64,000 nucleotides of DNA from a virus. Taxonomy: Duplodnaviria > Caudoviricetes. Position numbers and translations under genes: made by a program. The DNA lies in IMG/VR virus record IMGVR_UViG_3300035498_000654, positions 1-64,000 of that record; one strand, written 5' to 3'. Positions 9,954 through 20,937 of this stretch are shown here, piece by piece (position 1 is the stretch's first letter; every line of letters begins with the position of its first letter). The notes below the pieces were generated by a model. It ran no database searches. It saw only the letters and a list, made by a program, of their open reading frames with translations, and had not been told where the DNA came from.

Positions 9954-10447
9954 TGAACACTAATCAACCTATATATAGTAATCAAGTTCAAACACAACAA
10001 CCTCAACAGTCTACTGGTCTTGAAGATCAATTAAAAAAGCTTCAAGATAAGTGGACTACAGAGATTGCTGATTTGAATGCCATGATGAAAGGTATCCATA
10101 AGTTAGATGAACTTTTGAATATCATATATACAAAACGACAAGAAGCTGTTGATTATTATCATGGTATTAATACTGTTATTATTAAACAAACTAAGGATTA
10201 TAAATCAGAGTTTAATAATATAGTTAATAGAGTACGTATGGGTGGACAGAATGGTGTTCGTATACAAAATGAAAATGCCCTTAATAAAATTGCAGAAAAT
10301 GAACTAATTGACAAAAAGATGTCTATTGAACTTTTAGCCAATCATAACAATTTTATTAAGGAAACAATTCAAACTATTGATAATATGATTTATGGTATAA
10401 ATCAGAAAGTTAAAATTGCGGAGATGTTAAACGGTATTAAATTCTAA
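9953..10447 (+). CDS. Possible UvsY-like recombination mediator (helical)
   Basis: All-helical 164 aa; C-terminal FIKETIQTIDNMIYGINQKV resembles the UvsY end motif; near uvsX. Confidence 0.4.
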   Translation: MNTNQPIYSNQVQTQQPQQSTGLEDQLKKLQDKWTTEIADLNAMMKGIHKLDELLNIIYTKRQEAVDYYHGINTVIIKQTKDYKSEFNNIVNRVRMGGQNGVRIQNENALNKIAENELIDKKMSIELLANHNNFIKETIQTIDNMIYGINQKVKIAEMLNGIKF

Positions 10448-10676
10448 AGTATAAATATCTTACTTTTTAACCGTTATATGAATTACCATAGCCAGAATTC
10501 TTTTTAGCTGAATCATTTGTAGCTTTACTGAATTCTGAGAATATTTTAACATTTTCCTTTGGTAATAACATTGGGCAATCTTTAATTAAAAGATTCTTCT
10601 CATCTCCAATTGTTTTAATAATAGGTAATTTAACTGTTGCATCCATAAACTATTTAATCATGATATAATAATATAC

Positions 10677-10885
10677 TATAGGAAATAATTGATTAAATTT
10701 TTAAACATTATTATAAAATGATACTATAACTTATAAACATAATAGGGTTACAGTACAGCCGAATTTAAGCTTGTGGACTATCCAACTATGGATGACAAGG
10801 AAGTAATTTCCCCTAAAAAGTAGTGATATATTGAAGCAAGAAGTTAAAAGTGAATAATTCTAATCATTGTTCATATTTTAATATA
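10677..10885 (+). mobile_element. Non-autonomous IS200/IS605-type mini element: left-end-like segment plus omegaRNA/right end, tnpB deleted
   Basis: 10741-10885 aligns with 3' ends of tnpB copies (cagtacagccgaatttaagcttgtggactatccaactatggatgac...ttttaatata); 10677-10730 resembles the sequence upstream of the tnpB at 52082. Confidence 0.75.
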
Positions 10886-10936
10886 CTGTATTAATAAATT
10901 AAATAAAAAATTAAAATTTTAAATTTTAAATTCGAA

Positions 10937-12013
10937 ATGAAAAAAATCTTTCTATTTTTGATGAGCATGTTTATTTGTGTTGCTATGTCAGCACAAGAAA
11001 AATATGCAACTACAACTGGATCATTCCTTGATAATTGGTCAGTTGGTGTACATGGTGGTATCAACACTCCTTTGAATGATGTATTTGGTACCATTTCTGA
11101 ACAAGTTGGTGTTCAAGTAGACAAATATGTAAGTCCGACATTTGGTCTTGGACTTGAAGTTGATGAATATATTGGTGTTAAAGGTCTTGACCGTACAGCC
11201 TTTGATAAAACACAAGTATATCTTCTCGGTAAATTGAATGTTATCAATCTTTTTGGTGGTTTCCGTGGTGAACGCCGTGTATTTGAACCGGTGATTTTTG
11301 CAGGTGGTGGTTGGAACCATTATAACACATCAAGAGTTGATAAACGCGATTTCAGTGTGTTGAAAGCTGGTGCTGAATTCAATTTTAACTTTGGTTCAGA
11401 ACGTCAATGGACAGTACAAGTTGTTCCAGCTGTTGTATGGGATGATCCTATTGTAAATCGCTTCCATTCTCGTAATGCAGTTCTTGAAGTAAATGCTGGT
11501 ATTGTATACCACTTTAAGAATCTAAATGGTAGCAAGCATCGCACATTTGCATATGAAAGACTATATGATTATAATGAAGTAAATGGTCTTAATAGCCGTG
11601 TAAATCAGCTTCGTTCTGAAGTAGATGCTTTAACAAGGGCACTTAATAATGTACAAACAGTAACAGAAACAAAAACTGAAGTTGTTGAAGTTCCTACATT
11701 GCTATTCCCCAATGTACAATTCTATCAAGGCTCTGCTGATATTGCAGTATTGAATGAAGGTAACATTAAAGCAATTGCAGAAACTATTAAATCAACTGGT
11801 GCTGATTATGTAATCAATGGTTATGCATCAAAAGAAGGTACTGTAGAACTTAATCAAGTGTTGTCAGAAAAACGTGCTGAAGCTATTAAGGATAAACTTG
11901 TAGAATATGGTGTAAGTGCAAGTCAACTTACAACAGTTGGTAACGGTGCAACTGAAGTATTCTCTGGTGATAGTCTTGACCTTAACCGTGTGGTTGTAAT
12001 CACCCGTAAATGA
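10937..12013 (+). CDS. ompA: OmpA-family outer membrane protein (signal peptide, beta-barrel, C-terminal peptidoglycan-binding domain)
   Basis: Signal peptide MKKIFLFLMSMFICVAMSA, amphipathic strands ending AGIVYHF, C-terminal GYASKEG...NQVLSEKRAEAI...NRVV. Confidence 0.9.
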   Translation: MKKIFLFLMSMFICVAMSAQEKYATTTGSFLDNWSVGVHGGINTPLNDVFGTISEQVGVQVDKYVSPTFGLGLEVDEYIGVKGLDRTAFDKTQVYLLGKLNVINLFGGFRGERRVFEPVIFAGGGWNHYNTSRVDKRDFSVLKAGAEFNFNFGSERQWTVQVVPAVVWDDPIVNRFHSRNAVLEVNAGIVYHFKNLNGSKHRTFAYERLYDYNEVNGLNSRVNQLRSEVDALTRALNNVQTVTETKTEVVEVPTLLFPNVQFYQGSADIAVLNEGNIKAIAETIKSTGADYVINGYASKEGTVELNQVLSEKRAEAIKDKLVEYGVSASQLTTVGNGATEVFSGDSLDLNRVVVITRK

Positions 12014-12198
12014 TGAAACATTAAAAGAAGCATTTAGTTTTTGAATTTTGTGAAAAAATAAAAACACTAAATAATTTAACAAATTGCTTCCTTCCTCCTT
12101 AAGTGGAGATCATCATATATTTTCCTCAGTTTGGTCTGCCTATAAAAGGTGGACCAATTTTTTATAAATATTGTATAATTTAAAATTACAATACAAAT

Positions 12199-12816
12199 AT
12201 GATTTATAATAAAAGAAAAATAAATGAAGATGAATATAAAATTGATATATCATTTGAACATATTGAAAATTTATTAAAGGATGGTAAAATTGATACTACA
12301 CAATTTTTAAAGAATTTAGGTCGTGAAAAATGCAAAGAATATCTTAACAAATATTTGTCATATTTATAGGATGTGTCTTATTTTTATGAAGATCTGGAAG
12401 CTATAAATGAATATGGATGTTCTGGCACTTTATATAATTTGGTGAATACATTCTATTATGTAAAGTTTTAGCAAGATGCAGAATATAATTATCAAATTAA
12501 AGATGAAGTAATAGAAAATGATGAAGATTATAATTTTGCAGTATTTGTATGTATATTTGTTGATGTTGTTCATATATGTATTTCTGCATATGCATATTAT
12601 GATAATAATGAACATAACACATATTATAAATTTTCATCGATAGGAATAGAAGACTCATATACGTATAACGCCGATGAAATACCAATGATGGACAGTAATA
12701 AATTTGGTACAATTTTAGAATATGCAGAGAATGCTTATAAATTTGACCAAAAATATGTCACCCAAGATATGAAATTAACATTTAATAACGGGAAATTTAT
12801 AATACAAACCACATAA
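12199..12816 (+). CDS. Hypothetical acidic protein (205 aa, 2 TAG=Gln)
   Basis: Manual translation from ATG 12199 (MIYNKRKINEDEY) to TAA 12814-12816; late promoter upstream, terminator downstream. Confidence 0.7.
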
Positions 12817-12908
12817 CAATAAAATATATTATAAAAGTAATGGATAACTCTAAAAAGTTATCCATTTTTTATGTATATATAAATAATAAAACTTTATTAA
12901 TAACCGAA

Positions 12909-14075
12909 ATGAAATATTTAAGGAGATATAGTACATAGAATGACTATATCAGTGATTTTTTAGATTTAAAGTCTTTGCCAGCACATGTATCTTTAGTAGA
13001 TGATACAGATAGTATGATAGGTAAAGATTCACAAAAAAAAACAGTTTTCGTAAAGTCCACCGGATCAACAGCTTGGGCTGGTGATTTATTATGCTGGAAT
13101 AAATCAACTGAAGACTGGGAAGTAGTACATGTAAAGCATACTTATACTGACAGTGAAGGAAAAGTACATGATTCTTGGAAGTTTGATAGCTGGGATGATA
13201 ATTTAGTACCTGATTCTGTTTGTGTAATGCCAGCTTGTCATACAGATAATGGTAAAGCCAGATGGTTAGCTTTAATTAGACCAACAGGTCAATATAAATT
13301 TGCAAATGATAATAACGCAAATTTAAGTACGCCTATCTATTCATAGGTATCCATATGTGGTTCAGCTGAAGAAAAAGAATATGTTAGTCTACATAATAGA
13401 TTTCTAAGTGATGATTATACAACATCAAATGGTGTAAGACATGCATCTGATGTTGGTGGTTATACTAATGAAGATGGCAACATTTATATTAATGTCTATA
13501 TGTATAGATCATTAAATGATAGTTTAATCGATATAATGCCCGGACAATTAAAAGACCCGGTTGAAGGTAATATACTTAGTATTAAATTTGATATAAATGA
13601 TGCCGACCAATGTACTATATTTCTGTATGATAATACTGAAGATGGATCATTATTATTAAAAAATACACAGTTATTTAAATATAAAAATAGTGAAGGTTTA
13701 TTAAATATATTATGTGATAATAATGGTATGAAAAACAAAGAAATCATGTTATCAGATGGTATTGACAACTTTCCAGCAGCTAAAGCATGCCATGAGTTTT
13801 CAACGACTTATACCACACCAGGTACATGGTATTTGCCAACAGTTGGCGAACTTGCTTATCTAATCGCTCGATATTATACTATTAATCAAACAATGTGCAT
13901 GATTAATAATACTATTTCTGGAAGTGCTAATAGTCTTGTAACACACTATCAATATAGTACATCTACACGTGCTGCTGAATATAATGTATATAAAATGCAT
14001 AATGCTTTTGGTAGTACATATCCAGCTGGAGACTTTTCTGGTGAATTTTTTCTATTACCAATGCGGCAGTTTTAA
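12909..14075 (+). CDS. DUF1566/Lcl-like (lectin-fold) protein paralog 1 (388 aa, 2 TAG=Gln)
   Basis: MKYLRRYST*NDY joins 12975..13346 and 13500..14075 in one frame; C-terminal WYLPTVGEL motif. Confidence 0.75.
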
Positions 14076-14174
14076 TATTAATTATAAAATATATAAAGAT
14101 AATAAAAGATTATAGTATTTTAATATTATAATCTTTATTTTTTATTGATATTATTCTATATATTATAAAACACT

Positions 14175-14262
14175 TCAGAATGCCCTTTATTTCATCTCTA
14201 TCGCATTCTATTTGTTTAAATGATAAATTGTTCATTTTATTAATTATAATGCGATAGAGAGC
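14175..14262 (-). repeat. Dispersed repeat TAGAATGCGATAGAGATGAAATAAAGGGCATTCTG with internal inverted arm
   Basis: Reverse-complement copy of the 54017, 57104 and 57351 repeats; catctctatcgcatt ... aatgcgatagaga forms a hairpin. Confidence 0.75.
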
Positions 14263-14356
14263 AAATAAACAATATAATTAATATATTAATATTTTAATAA
14301 ATTAAAAGAGCTTAACTTATTAAAGTCAAGCTCTTATTTTATTATATTTTTATTTT

Positions 14357-15325
14357 TTATTCTTCAGTTACTGTCTCTTCAATTTTTCGAACTTCCCAAA
14401 CATTTTCTTCAACCTCAACAGCTTCATATCCTTCAGCAACATAAGATACAGATTCTAAACCAAATCCAGGTTCTTTTGTTACATTTGCAGGATTATAATT
14501 TATAAATCGTCCACCAAATACTTCAATATAATCTGTTGGTTTTGCATTTTCTATTTTAGTATATCCATCTTGGATATTTAAAACCCCAACATCATTTGAT
14601 GCTTGACCAGCATTATATTCTTCAAAAGTACCGCCATTAATAATAATCTTACCTCCTACACTGTATGCAACATTTCCATATTGAGATGCTTTATAATTTC
14701 CGGAATTTATAATAATAGTTGTTCCTTCATTAGCCCAAAATACATGATCAGATTCAACTGTTATATTCTCTGCAGTTAATACACCACCATCGTTAGTTTG
14801 GAACACAACATGATCTGTAGTAGATTTAGGAAATACTATAACTGGATCTTTTATAATACCATTTGATACTGTCACATTACAACCATCAATAGCAAACTAT
14901 AGTCCATTATCATCGCTTAATGTTAAACTTATACTATTACCATTAAGATCCAAATTAGTATCTTCTTTAAATTCTACAGTATGTGTATCATCAATATTAT
15001 TTGATAATTTTAAATTACCTCCTTTTGATAGACCATTAAAATCATTAATAGGTCTATCATACCCATTAGCTTTATATATATCAGTTTCACTATCTGGATT
15101 ATTAATCAAATATAAAGCATTTGCATATGCAATCATTTTATCAGGATCAATAAAACCGAATGTTTGCTATGCTGATTTAAATTTTTCTAATTGTTCATCT
15201 TCAGTTAAATGCAAATTTTCATAAGGCTCCTAATGATCTTTCGTAACTGAACCCTTTTGATAATAATTGCTCATACATGGATCAATCTAATAAGATGTTC
15301 CACCTATACCATAAACAGTTTTCAT
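14357..15325 (-). CDS. Hypothetical protein (322 aa, several TAG=Gln), beta-strand-rich
   Basis: ATG 15325 is in frame with 14897..15136 and 14357..14875; the only intervening stops are TAG. Confidence 0.75.
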
Positions 15326-15475
15326 TATATGTAAAATATATTAGTTTTTAAAATTAAAATATGTATTATAATGAGTTGCCTAATAGTATATTTATAAAGT
15401 TATTACTTTTAAATTGCCATAAACAAATTCATTATTTTTACTATAATTATAATATAGTTTATAGTCATATACAAT

Positions 15476-17611
15476 ATGGATTTTCTTTTACAAAAATATA
15501 AAAATCAAGCAATTTCATCAAGGTCATTAATTATATCTATTAAAAATTCTATTGATTTAATTAATGAGCTTGAATCTCGCACATCATTTTTGGATACTTA
15601 TAATTCAGATATAACAGAACGAATATATTGTTTAGTTAACAATATTAATACACCTATAAAATGTAAGTATTGTGATAATAAAGCGAAATGGTCTGGCAGA
15701 TTTAAAGATGGTTATAAAACTACATGTTGTTCTAAAGAATGCGAATCTAAAAGAATATCTGAACAAAAACAAGGACAGACTATAATATCAGTTAATAGAG
15801 ATAATACTTTTATAGAATGGCAGAAATCTGTTACTTATATTAATGATGATATAGTAAAAGAACATATCAAATATGATAAGTATATTCAATATATCGATAA
15901 TTCTGTTATATTAGATTATTTAAATAATCGATTTAAAGATTCTTCATCTATAGAGGAAACTTTAAAACGAATTGAATTATCTATAGAAGAAAAACCAAAA
16001 TGCCCGGTATGTGGTAAGCCTGTTATTTTTGTAGGCAGAAAAGCGAGAATGTTTACTAAGTATTGTAGTGAATCATGTGGCGCCAGATCAGAAGAAACAA
16101 CAAAGAAAAAGAAGGAAACACAATTAAAAAATTGGGGAACTGAAAATTGTTATGATTCTGATAAGTATAAGCAATTAATGAAAGAGAAATATGGTGTTGA
16201 ATATACAATACAACGGCAAGATATAAAAGATAAAAGAAAGAACACATTAATTGAAAAATACGGTACAGATGTTCTATATGATATACCTGGAGTTAGAGAA
16301 AAAGTACAAAATACAAATAAGGAAAAATATGGTTATCCATGTGTATTAGTATCACCATCTATTAGATTATTGGCACATGATAAACTAAATCAAAATGCCA
16401 AATATGGAACATCCGAACAAGAAACCGAAATTTATAATTGGTTAATACAATTAGGATATAATGTTGAACGACATCATATGGATGATATATTTCCTTATAA
16501 TGTAGATTTTTATTTTCCAGATTATAATTTATATATGGAATATCAAGGTTCACAATATCATAATGGTAGAGCATATTTAGGGAATAAAGATGATATAAAA
16601 GAAGTTGAAGAACTAAAAACTAAAGATATAGAAAGAAATAAAATAACCAATAAGGATACACAATATCAAGGTATTATTAATACATGGACAAAATGGGATG
16701 TTAATAAACGAAACTTTGCTATTAATAATCATATAAATTATTTGGAAATATATGATTGTAAATCTATAAATGACATTAAATTTCAGTTGGAATTTTATCT
16801 AAATTGTTTACAACATAAAAATCCATTTAATATTAATCCAGATGATTTATATAATGAATACAATTATTATTTAAACTTAAATGATAGTAATAAACTAAAA
16901 TTAATATCATCTGATATGTTATGTATTAAACAATTTCAAGGTGATTTATTTTATAAAAAAGAAATTGATTTATTTGCTAATGATATATTAATTCGTCGAA
17001 AACTTATTCAAAATAGAGTAAAATACTTAAATAAAAAAGAACGTGAATTAAATGCAAATAATATATTATCAGGTTTTAAAAAATCTGGTATCTATTATGG
17101 TTATTCACATTTTAACCCACAATGGACAAATTGGTTCATTAATAAATTCCATATAGAAACTATATATGATCCATGCGGTGGTTGGGGACATCACCTTTTA
17201 GGCATGCTAAAATGCAAAAAGATTATATATAATGATTTAAGTCAAGAAACTGCAGAAAACATACGAAATATGAAAAAATATTTCAATATTGAGAATTTAA
17301 TAATAGAAAATCAAAATGCTATTGATTATATTCCTGATAATGTTGATGCTTTCTTTATGTGCCCACCATATTATAATGTTGAAGATTATGGCAATAATTT
17401 TAAAAATATAAATGAATATACAGATTTCTTAAATAAAATATTTGATATTTGGTCTAATAATTCGGCAAAGATATTTGGTTTAATTATAAGGGAAGACTTT
17501 ATTGATTTAATCAAATATAAATGGTATGAATGTTATGAAGTGCCAATGAATAAAATACACTTAATCTCCGAAAAGAAGAATAAAGAATACTTTTATATTT
17601 TTAAAAAATGA
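15476..17611 (+). CDS. Homing-type PD-(D/E)xK/Vsr-like endonuclease with Zn-ribbon repeats fused to a C-terminal amino-methyltransferase domain
   Basis: CKYC, CPVCGK, KYG repeats; VDFYFPDYNLYMEYQGSQYH; IYDPCGGWG (motif I) and FMCPPYY (motif IV). Confidence 0.75.
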   Translation: MDFLLQKYKNQAISSRSLIISIKNSIDLINELESRTSFLDTYNSDITERIYCLVNNINTPIKCKYCDNKAKWSGRFKDGYKTTCCSKECESKRISEQKQGQTIISVNRDNTFIEWQKSVTYINDDIVKEHIKYDKYIQYIDNSVILDYLNNRFKDSSSIEETLKRIELSIEEKPKCPVCGKPVIFVGRKARMFTKYCSESCGARSEETTKKKKETQLKNWGTENCYDSDKYKQLMKEKYGVEYTIQRQDIKDKRKNTLIEKYGTDVLYDIPGVREKVQNTNKEKYGYPCVLVSPSIRLLAHDKLNQNAKYGTSEQETEIYNWLIQLGYNVERHHMDDIFPYNVDFYFPDYNLYMEYQGSQYHNGRAYLGNKDDIKEVEELKTKDIERNKITNKDTQYQGIINTWTKWDVNKRNFAINNHINYLEIYDCKSINDIKFQLEFYLNCLQHKNPFNINPDDLYNEYNYYLNLNDSNKLKLISSDMLCIKQFQGDLFYKKEIDLFANDILIRRKLIQNRVKYLNKKERELNANNILSGFKKSGIYYGYSHFNPQWTNWFINKFHIETIYDPCGGWGHHLLGMLKCKKIIYNDLSQETAENIRNMKKYFNIENLIIENQNAIDYIPDNVDAFFMCPPYYNVEDYGNNFKNINEYTDFLNKIFDIWSNNSAKIFGLIIREDFIDLIKYKWYECYEVPMNKIHLISEKKNKEYFYIFKK

Positions 17612-19257
17612 ATTTATCAAATATTCCACAAATAAAAGAACTTAAAGATTTCTTAATATCAGAATCTGGTTATGTACAAACAAAAAAGATTGTATATAGC
17701 TGGATTAATAAGCGATGTCCAGAATTAATAAAATACTTTAATGACCATTATGATATATCAGATTTTCAAGGTTTCATATATCTTATATTAAATAATCAAT
17801 ATCCAGATATTCCTTTATGCCCTATATGTGGTAAACATTTACCTTTAAGAAACTATAAAGTCGGTTTCCAAAAATATTGTTCACAACAATGTAAACAAAT
17901 AGGTTATTCACAAAATAAAGATATTCATACTAAAATATCAGAAACTAAAAAGAATATGAAATTACGAAAAGATACTTGGTTATATGATTATAATTTTGAA
18001 ATTGATTCAGCAGATAATAACTATTATATTTTTAAGGATTATTGTACACACGGTTCACCAAGATTATATTACAAAACATGTAATAAAATACATGAAATAA
18101 ATGAATCATCTTTTTGTACACAATGTAATATAGAAAACTTTAATAATTATAAGCCATCTGATATAGAAATTAATAATTTTATTAATGAATTTCCTGGTTT
18201 TTATAAGAAATATAATAGAAGCATATCATATAATTGGTTGATCACTTACTATCCAAAGAAGTTAAAAATTCTTGTTGAATATTTTAAACAATATACTGAT
18301 ATAGAATTTGATAAGGACAATCTACCAGAAATATATTATTTTTGTTTACATAAACTAACAGAAAGACCTAAATGTCCGGAATGTGGAAACACTATAACAA
18401 GATTTTATACATCTACACAATCATATGCAACACATTGTGATAATCATCTATATTGTCATAATAGTTATTCAGAACAGGAAAAAGAATTTGTTGAGTATAT
18501 AAAATCAATATATCCAAATATAGAAGAACATAATAGAGACATATTAAAAGGTCAAGAAATAGATGTTTATATACCAGATAAACATATCGGATTTGAATTT
18601 AATGGTTGTTATTGGCATAGTAATGAATTCAAAGATAATAATTATCATATGAGTAAAAAACATATTGCAAATGATGATAATATTGATTTATATTTTATAT
18701 GGTCTGATGATTGGGTATATAAGCAATGTATTGTAAAATCATTAATAAAGAGCAAACTTGGTTTATATGATAAAAGAATATATGCAAGAAAATGTATAAT
18801 TAAAGAAGTATCTACAGAAGAAGCTCGAACATTTATTGATAATAATCACTTACAAGGATATACATCATCAAAGATAAAATTAGGTCTGTATTATAATGAA
18901 GAATTGGTATCTATAATGACATTTGGCAAATCCAGATTTAATAAGGATGAATATGAAATTATAAGATTATGTAGTAAATTAAATTATCAAGTAATAGGTG
19001 GTATTAGTAAAATATTCAAATATTTTCAGAAACATTACTTAGGTAATAATACATGTATATCATATTCATTTAATGACATATCTAATGGTAACATATATAA
19101 ACAACTTGGTTTTATTAAAGAGAACGAATCAGAAAGTTGGATGTGGCTATATAATGGTATTCGATATAATAGATTGAATAAAATTAGAAATAACAAGAAT
19201 CTATTAAAATGTTATAATTCTGGTGTTGTTAAGTGGTTGTTAAAAAATAAAGAATAA
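17608..19257 (+). CDS. Free-standing homing-type endonuclease (Zn ribbons, Vsr-like core, GNAT-like tail)
   Basis: CPICGK, CPECG; EIDVYIPDKHIGFEFNGCYWHS; IYARKCIIKEV...NHLQG; ATGA overlap with previous gene. Confidence 0.75.
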   Translation: MNLSNIPQIKELKDFLISESGYVQTKKIVYSWINKRCPELIKYFNDHYDISDFQGFIYLILNNQYPDIPLCPICGKHLPLRNYKVGFQKYCSQQCKQIGYSQNKDIHTKISETKKNMKLRKDTWLYDYNFEIDSADNNYYIFKDYCTHGSPRLYYKTCNKIHEINESSFCTQCNIENFNNYKPSDIEINNFINEFPGFYKKYNRSISYNWLITYYPKKLKILVEYFKQYTDIEFDKDNLPEIYYFCLHKLTERPKCPECGNTITRFYTSTQSYATHCDNHLYCHNSYSEQEKEFVEYIKSIYPNIEEHNRDILKGQEIDVYIPDKHIGFEFNGCYWHSNEFKDNNYHMSKKHIANDDNIDLYFIWSDDWVYKQCIVKSLIKSKLGLYDKRIYARKCIIKEVSTEEARTFIDNNHLQGYTSSKIKLGLYYNEELVSIMTFGKSRFNKDEYEIIRLCSKLNYQVIGGISKIFKYFQKHYLGNNTCISYSFNDISNGNIYKQLGFIKENESESWMWLYNGIRYNRLNKIRNNKNLLKCYNSGVVKWLLKNKE

Positions 19258-19265
19258 TATAATAT

Positions 19266-20936
19266 ATGGATGATAATAATTTATACAATATAATTTCGGA
19301 ATATTCTAATAAAGGAATAATGGTTAAACTCAGATATGATAATGAGTTAAAAGATTATTTAATAAAAGAAACTTCTTTTTTATATGATGATGCAACATTA
19401 TCAGAAAGAGTTTATTGCATCAAAAATCATATAACCAAACCTTTATTATGTCCTTATTGTGGTAAGCCAAGAAAGTTTTATCAATTAGATAAAGGTTATC
19501 ATGCAACATGTGGTGATAAAGCTTGTAAATCTCAAGGTATAGCCGAAGCGAATAAACGACATGATATATCAAAAGCAATGGCTAAACTTAGAGAAACATA
19601 TAAGCAAAGAACCGGCTATGAACATAATATGCAAAATCCGGAATTTAAAAAACAATACTTTGATAATATAGAAAAGAAAACTGGTGAACGTTACCATATA
19701 GCATCTGAGAAATCTAAAATTAATAGAGAAAAATCAATGTTATCTAAGTATGGAACAACAGCAGTTGGTGATTTAATTAAAAATAAAGAAGTGCAAGAAT
19801 CTATTATAGAAAAGTATGGTTCTTTAGATAATTTTTATAAATGTAGAGGATCTATAATAGGCAAATCCAGAAAAGAAAATGATTTAAATCGTCTTATAGA
19901 AAAATTAGATTCATTAGGCTATGAATATATTGATTCTTTTTATAAAGAATTATCAACTGAATATATGCATGTTAAATGTAAAAGATGTGAAAATGTATTT
20001 GAAGTAACCAGAAGAATGGCTAATATCTATTATAATATTGATAATAAAAATTTCTGTCCTTCTTGTGATATAAAAGAAATGCTATATAGATCTAATTTTG
20101 AAAAAGAAATTGTTGATTACATTAAGTCTATATTACCAAATACTTTGGTTTTAACCAATAAGTACATAAACAAATTAGAATGTGATATATCAATACCAGA
20201 ATTAAAAATTGCTATAGAATGTAATGGTTTATACTGGCATAGTGAATTATATAAAGATAAACATTATCATTTAAATAAAAAGAAAGCTATTGAAGAAACT
20301 GGATATACATTATTGACAATCTGGGAAGACGACTGGAATTTTAAACAAGATATTATAAAGTCCAGATTAAAAGCTAAATTAGGAGTTGTTAATAATAAAA
20401 TATATGCAAGAAAATGTATTATTAAACAAATATCCAATAAAGAATCGTCAGAGTTTTTAAATGAAAATCATCTATATGGTAATATAAATGCGAGTATTAG
20501 ATATGGCTTATTTTATAATGATGAATTAGTTCAAGTAATAACAATAAGCAAATCAAGGAAAGCTTTATCTAAAAATAATAATGGTTATGAATTATTACGA
20601 ATGGCTACTAAAAAGGATCATATTGTTATTGGTGGTTTTAGTAAACTTATAAAGCAATTTAAACATGATTATAATGATAGTATATTATATAGTTATGTTG
20701 ATTTAAGTTGGAGTAATTTAAATGGCGATGGTTATATAAAAGCTGGTTGGAATTTTATTAAATTATCGGAAAATGAATTTTGGTGGGTTGATGGTTCAGT
20801 AAGAAAACCACATAGAGAGAATAGATTAAAATATCAAAAACATAAAATAAGTGCAGATGATTCAGAAGAAAAAACCATGCATAAAAATAAGTATTACCGG
20901 GTATTTGGTATAGGCAATTTATTAATGATGATATAA
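19266..20936 (+). CDS. Free-standing homing-type endonuclease (same family)
   Basis: CPYCGK; ECDISIPELKIAIECNGLYWHS; IYARKCIIKQI...NHLYG. Confidence 0.75.
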   Translation: MDDNNLYNIISEYSNKGIMVKLRYDNELKDYLIKETSFLYDDATLSERVYCIKNHITKPLLCPYCGKPRKFYQLDKGYHATCGDKACKSQGIAEANKRHDISKAMAKLRETYKQRTGYEHNMQNPEFKKQYFDNIEKKTGERYHIASEKSKINREKSMLSKYGTTAVGDLIKNKEVQESIIEKYGSLDNFYKCRGSIIGKSRKENDLNRLIEKLDSLGYEYIDSFYKELSTEYMHVKCKRCENVFEVTRRMANIYYNIDNKNFCPSCDIKEMLYRSNFEKEIVDYIKSILPNTLVLTNKYINKLECDISIPELKIAIECNGLYWHSELYKDKHYHLNKKKAIEETGYTLLTIWEDDWNFKQDIIKSRLKAKLGVVNNKIYARKCIIKQISNKESSEFLNENHLYGNINASIRYGLFYNDELVQVITISKSRKALSKNNNGYELLRMATKKDHIVIGGFSKLIKQFKHDYNDSILYSYVDLSWSNLNGDGYIKAGWNFIKLSENEFWWVDGSVRKPHRENRLKYQKHKISADDSEEKTMHKNKYYRVFGIGNLLMMI

Positions 20937-20937
20937 A

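Noticed and set aside
12909-14075. A complete diversity-generating retroelement
   Set aside because: No reverse transcriptase and no template/variable repeat pair differing at adenines was seen in the window.
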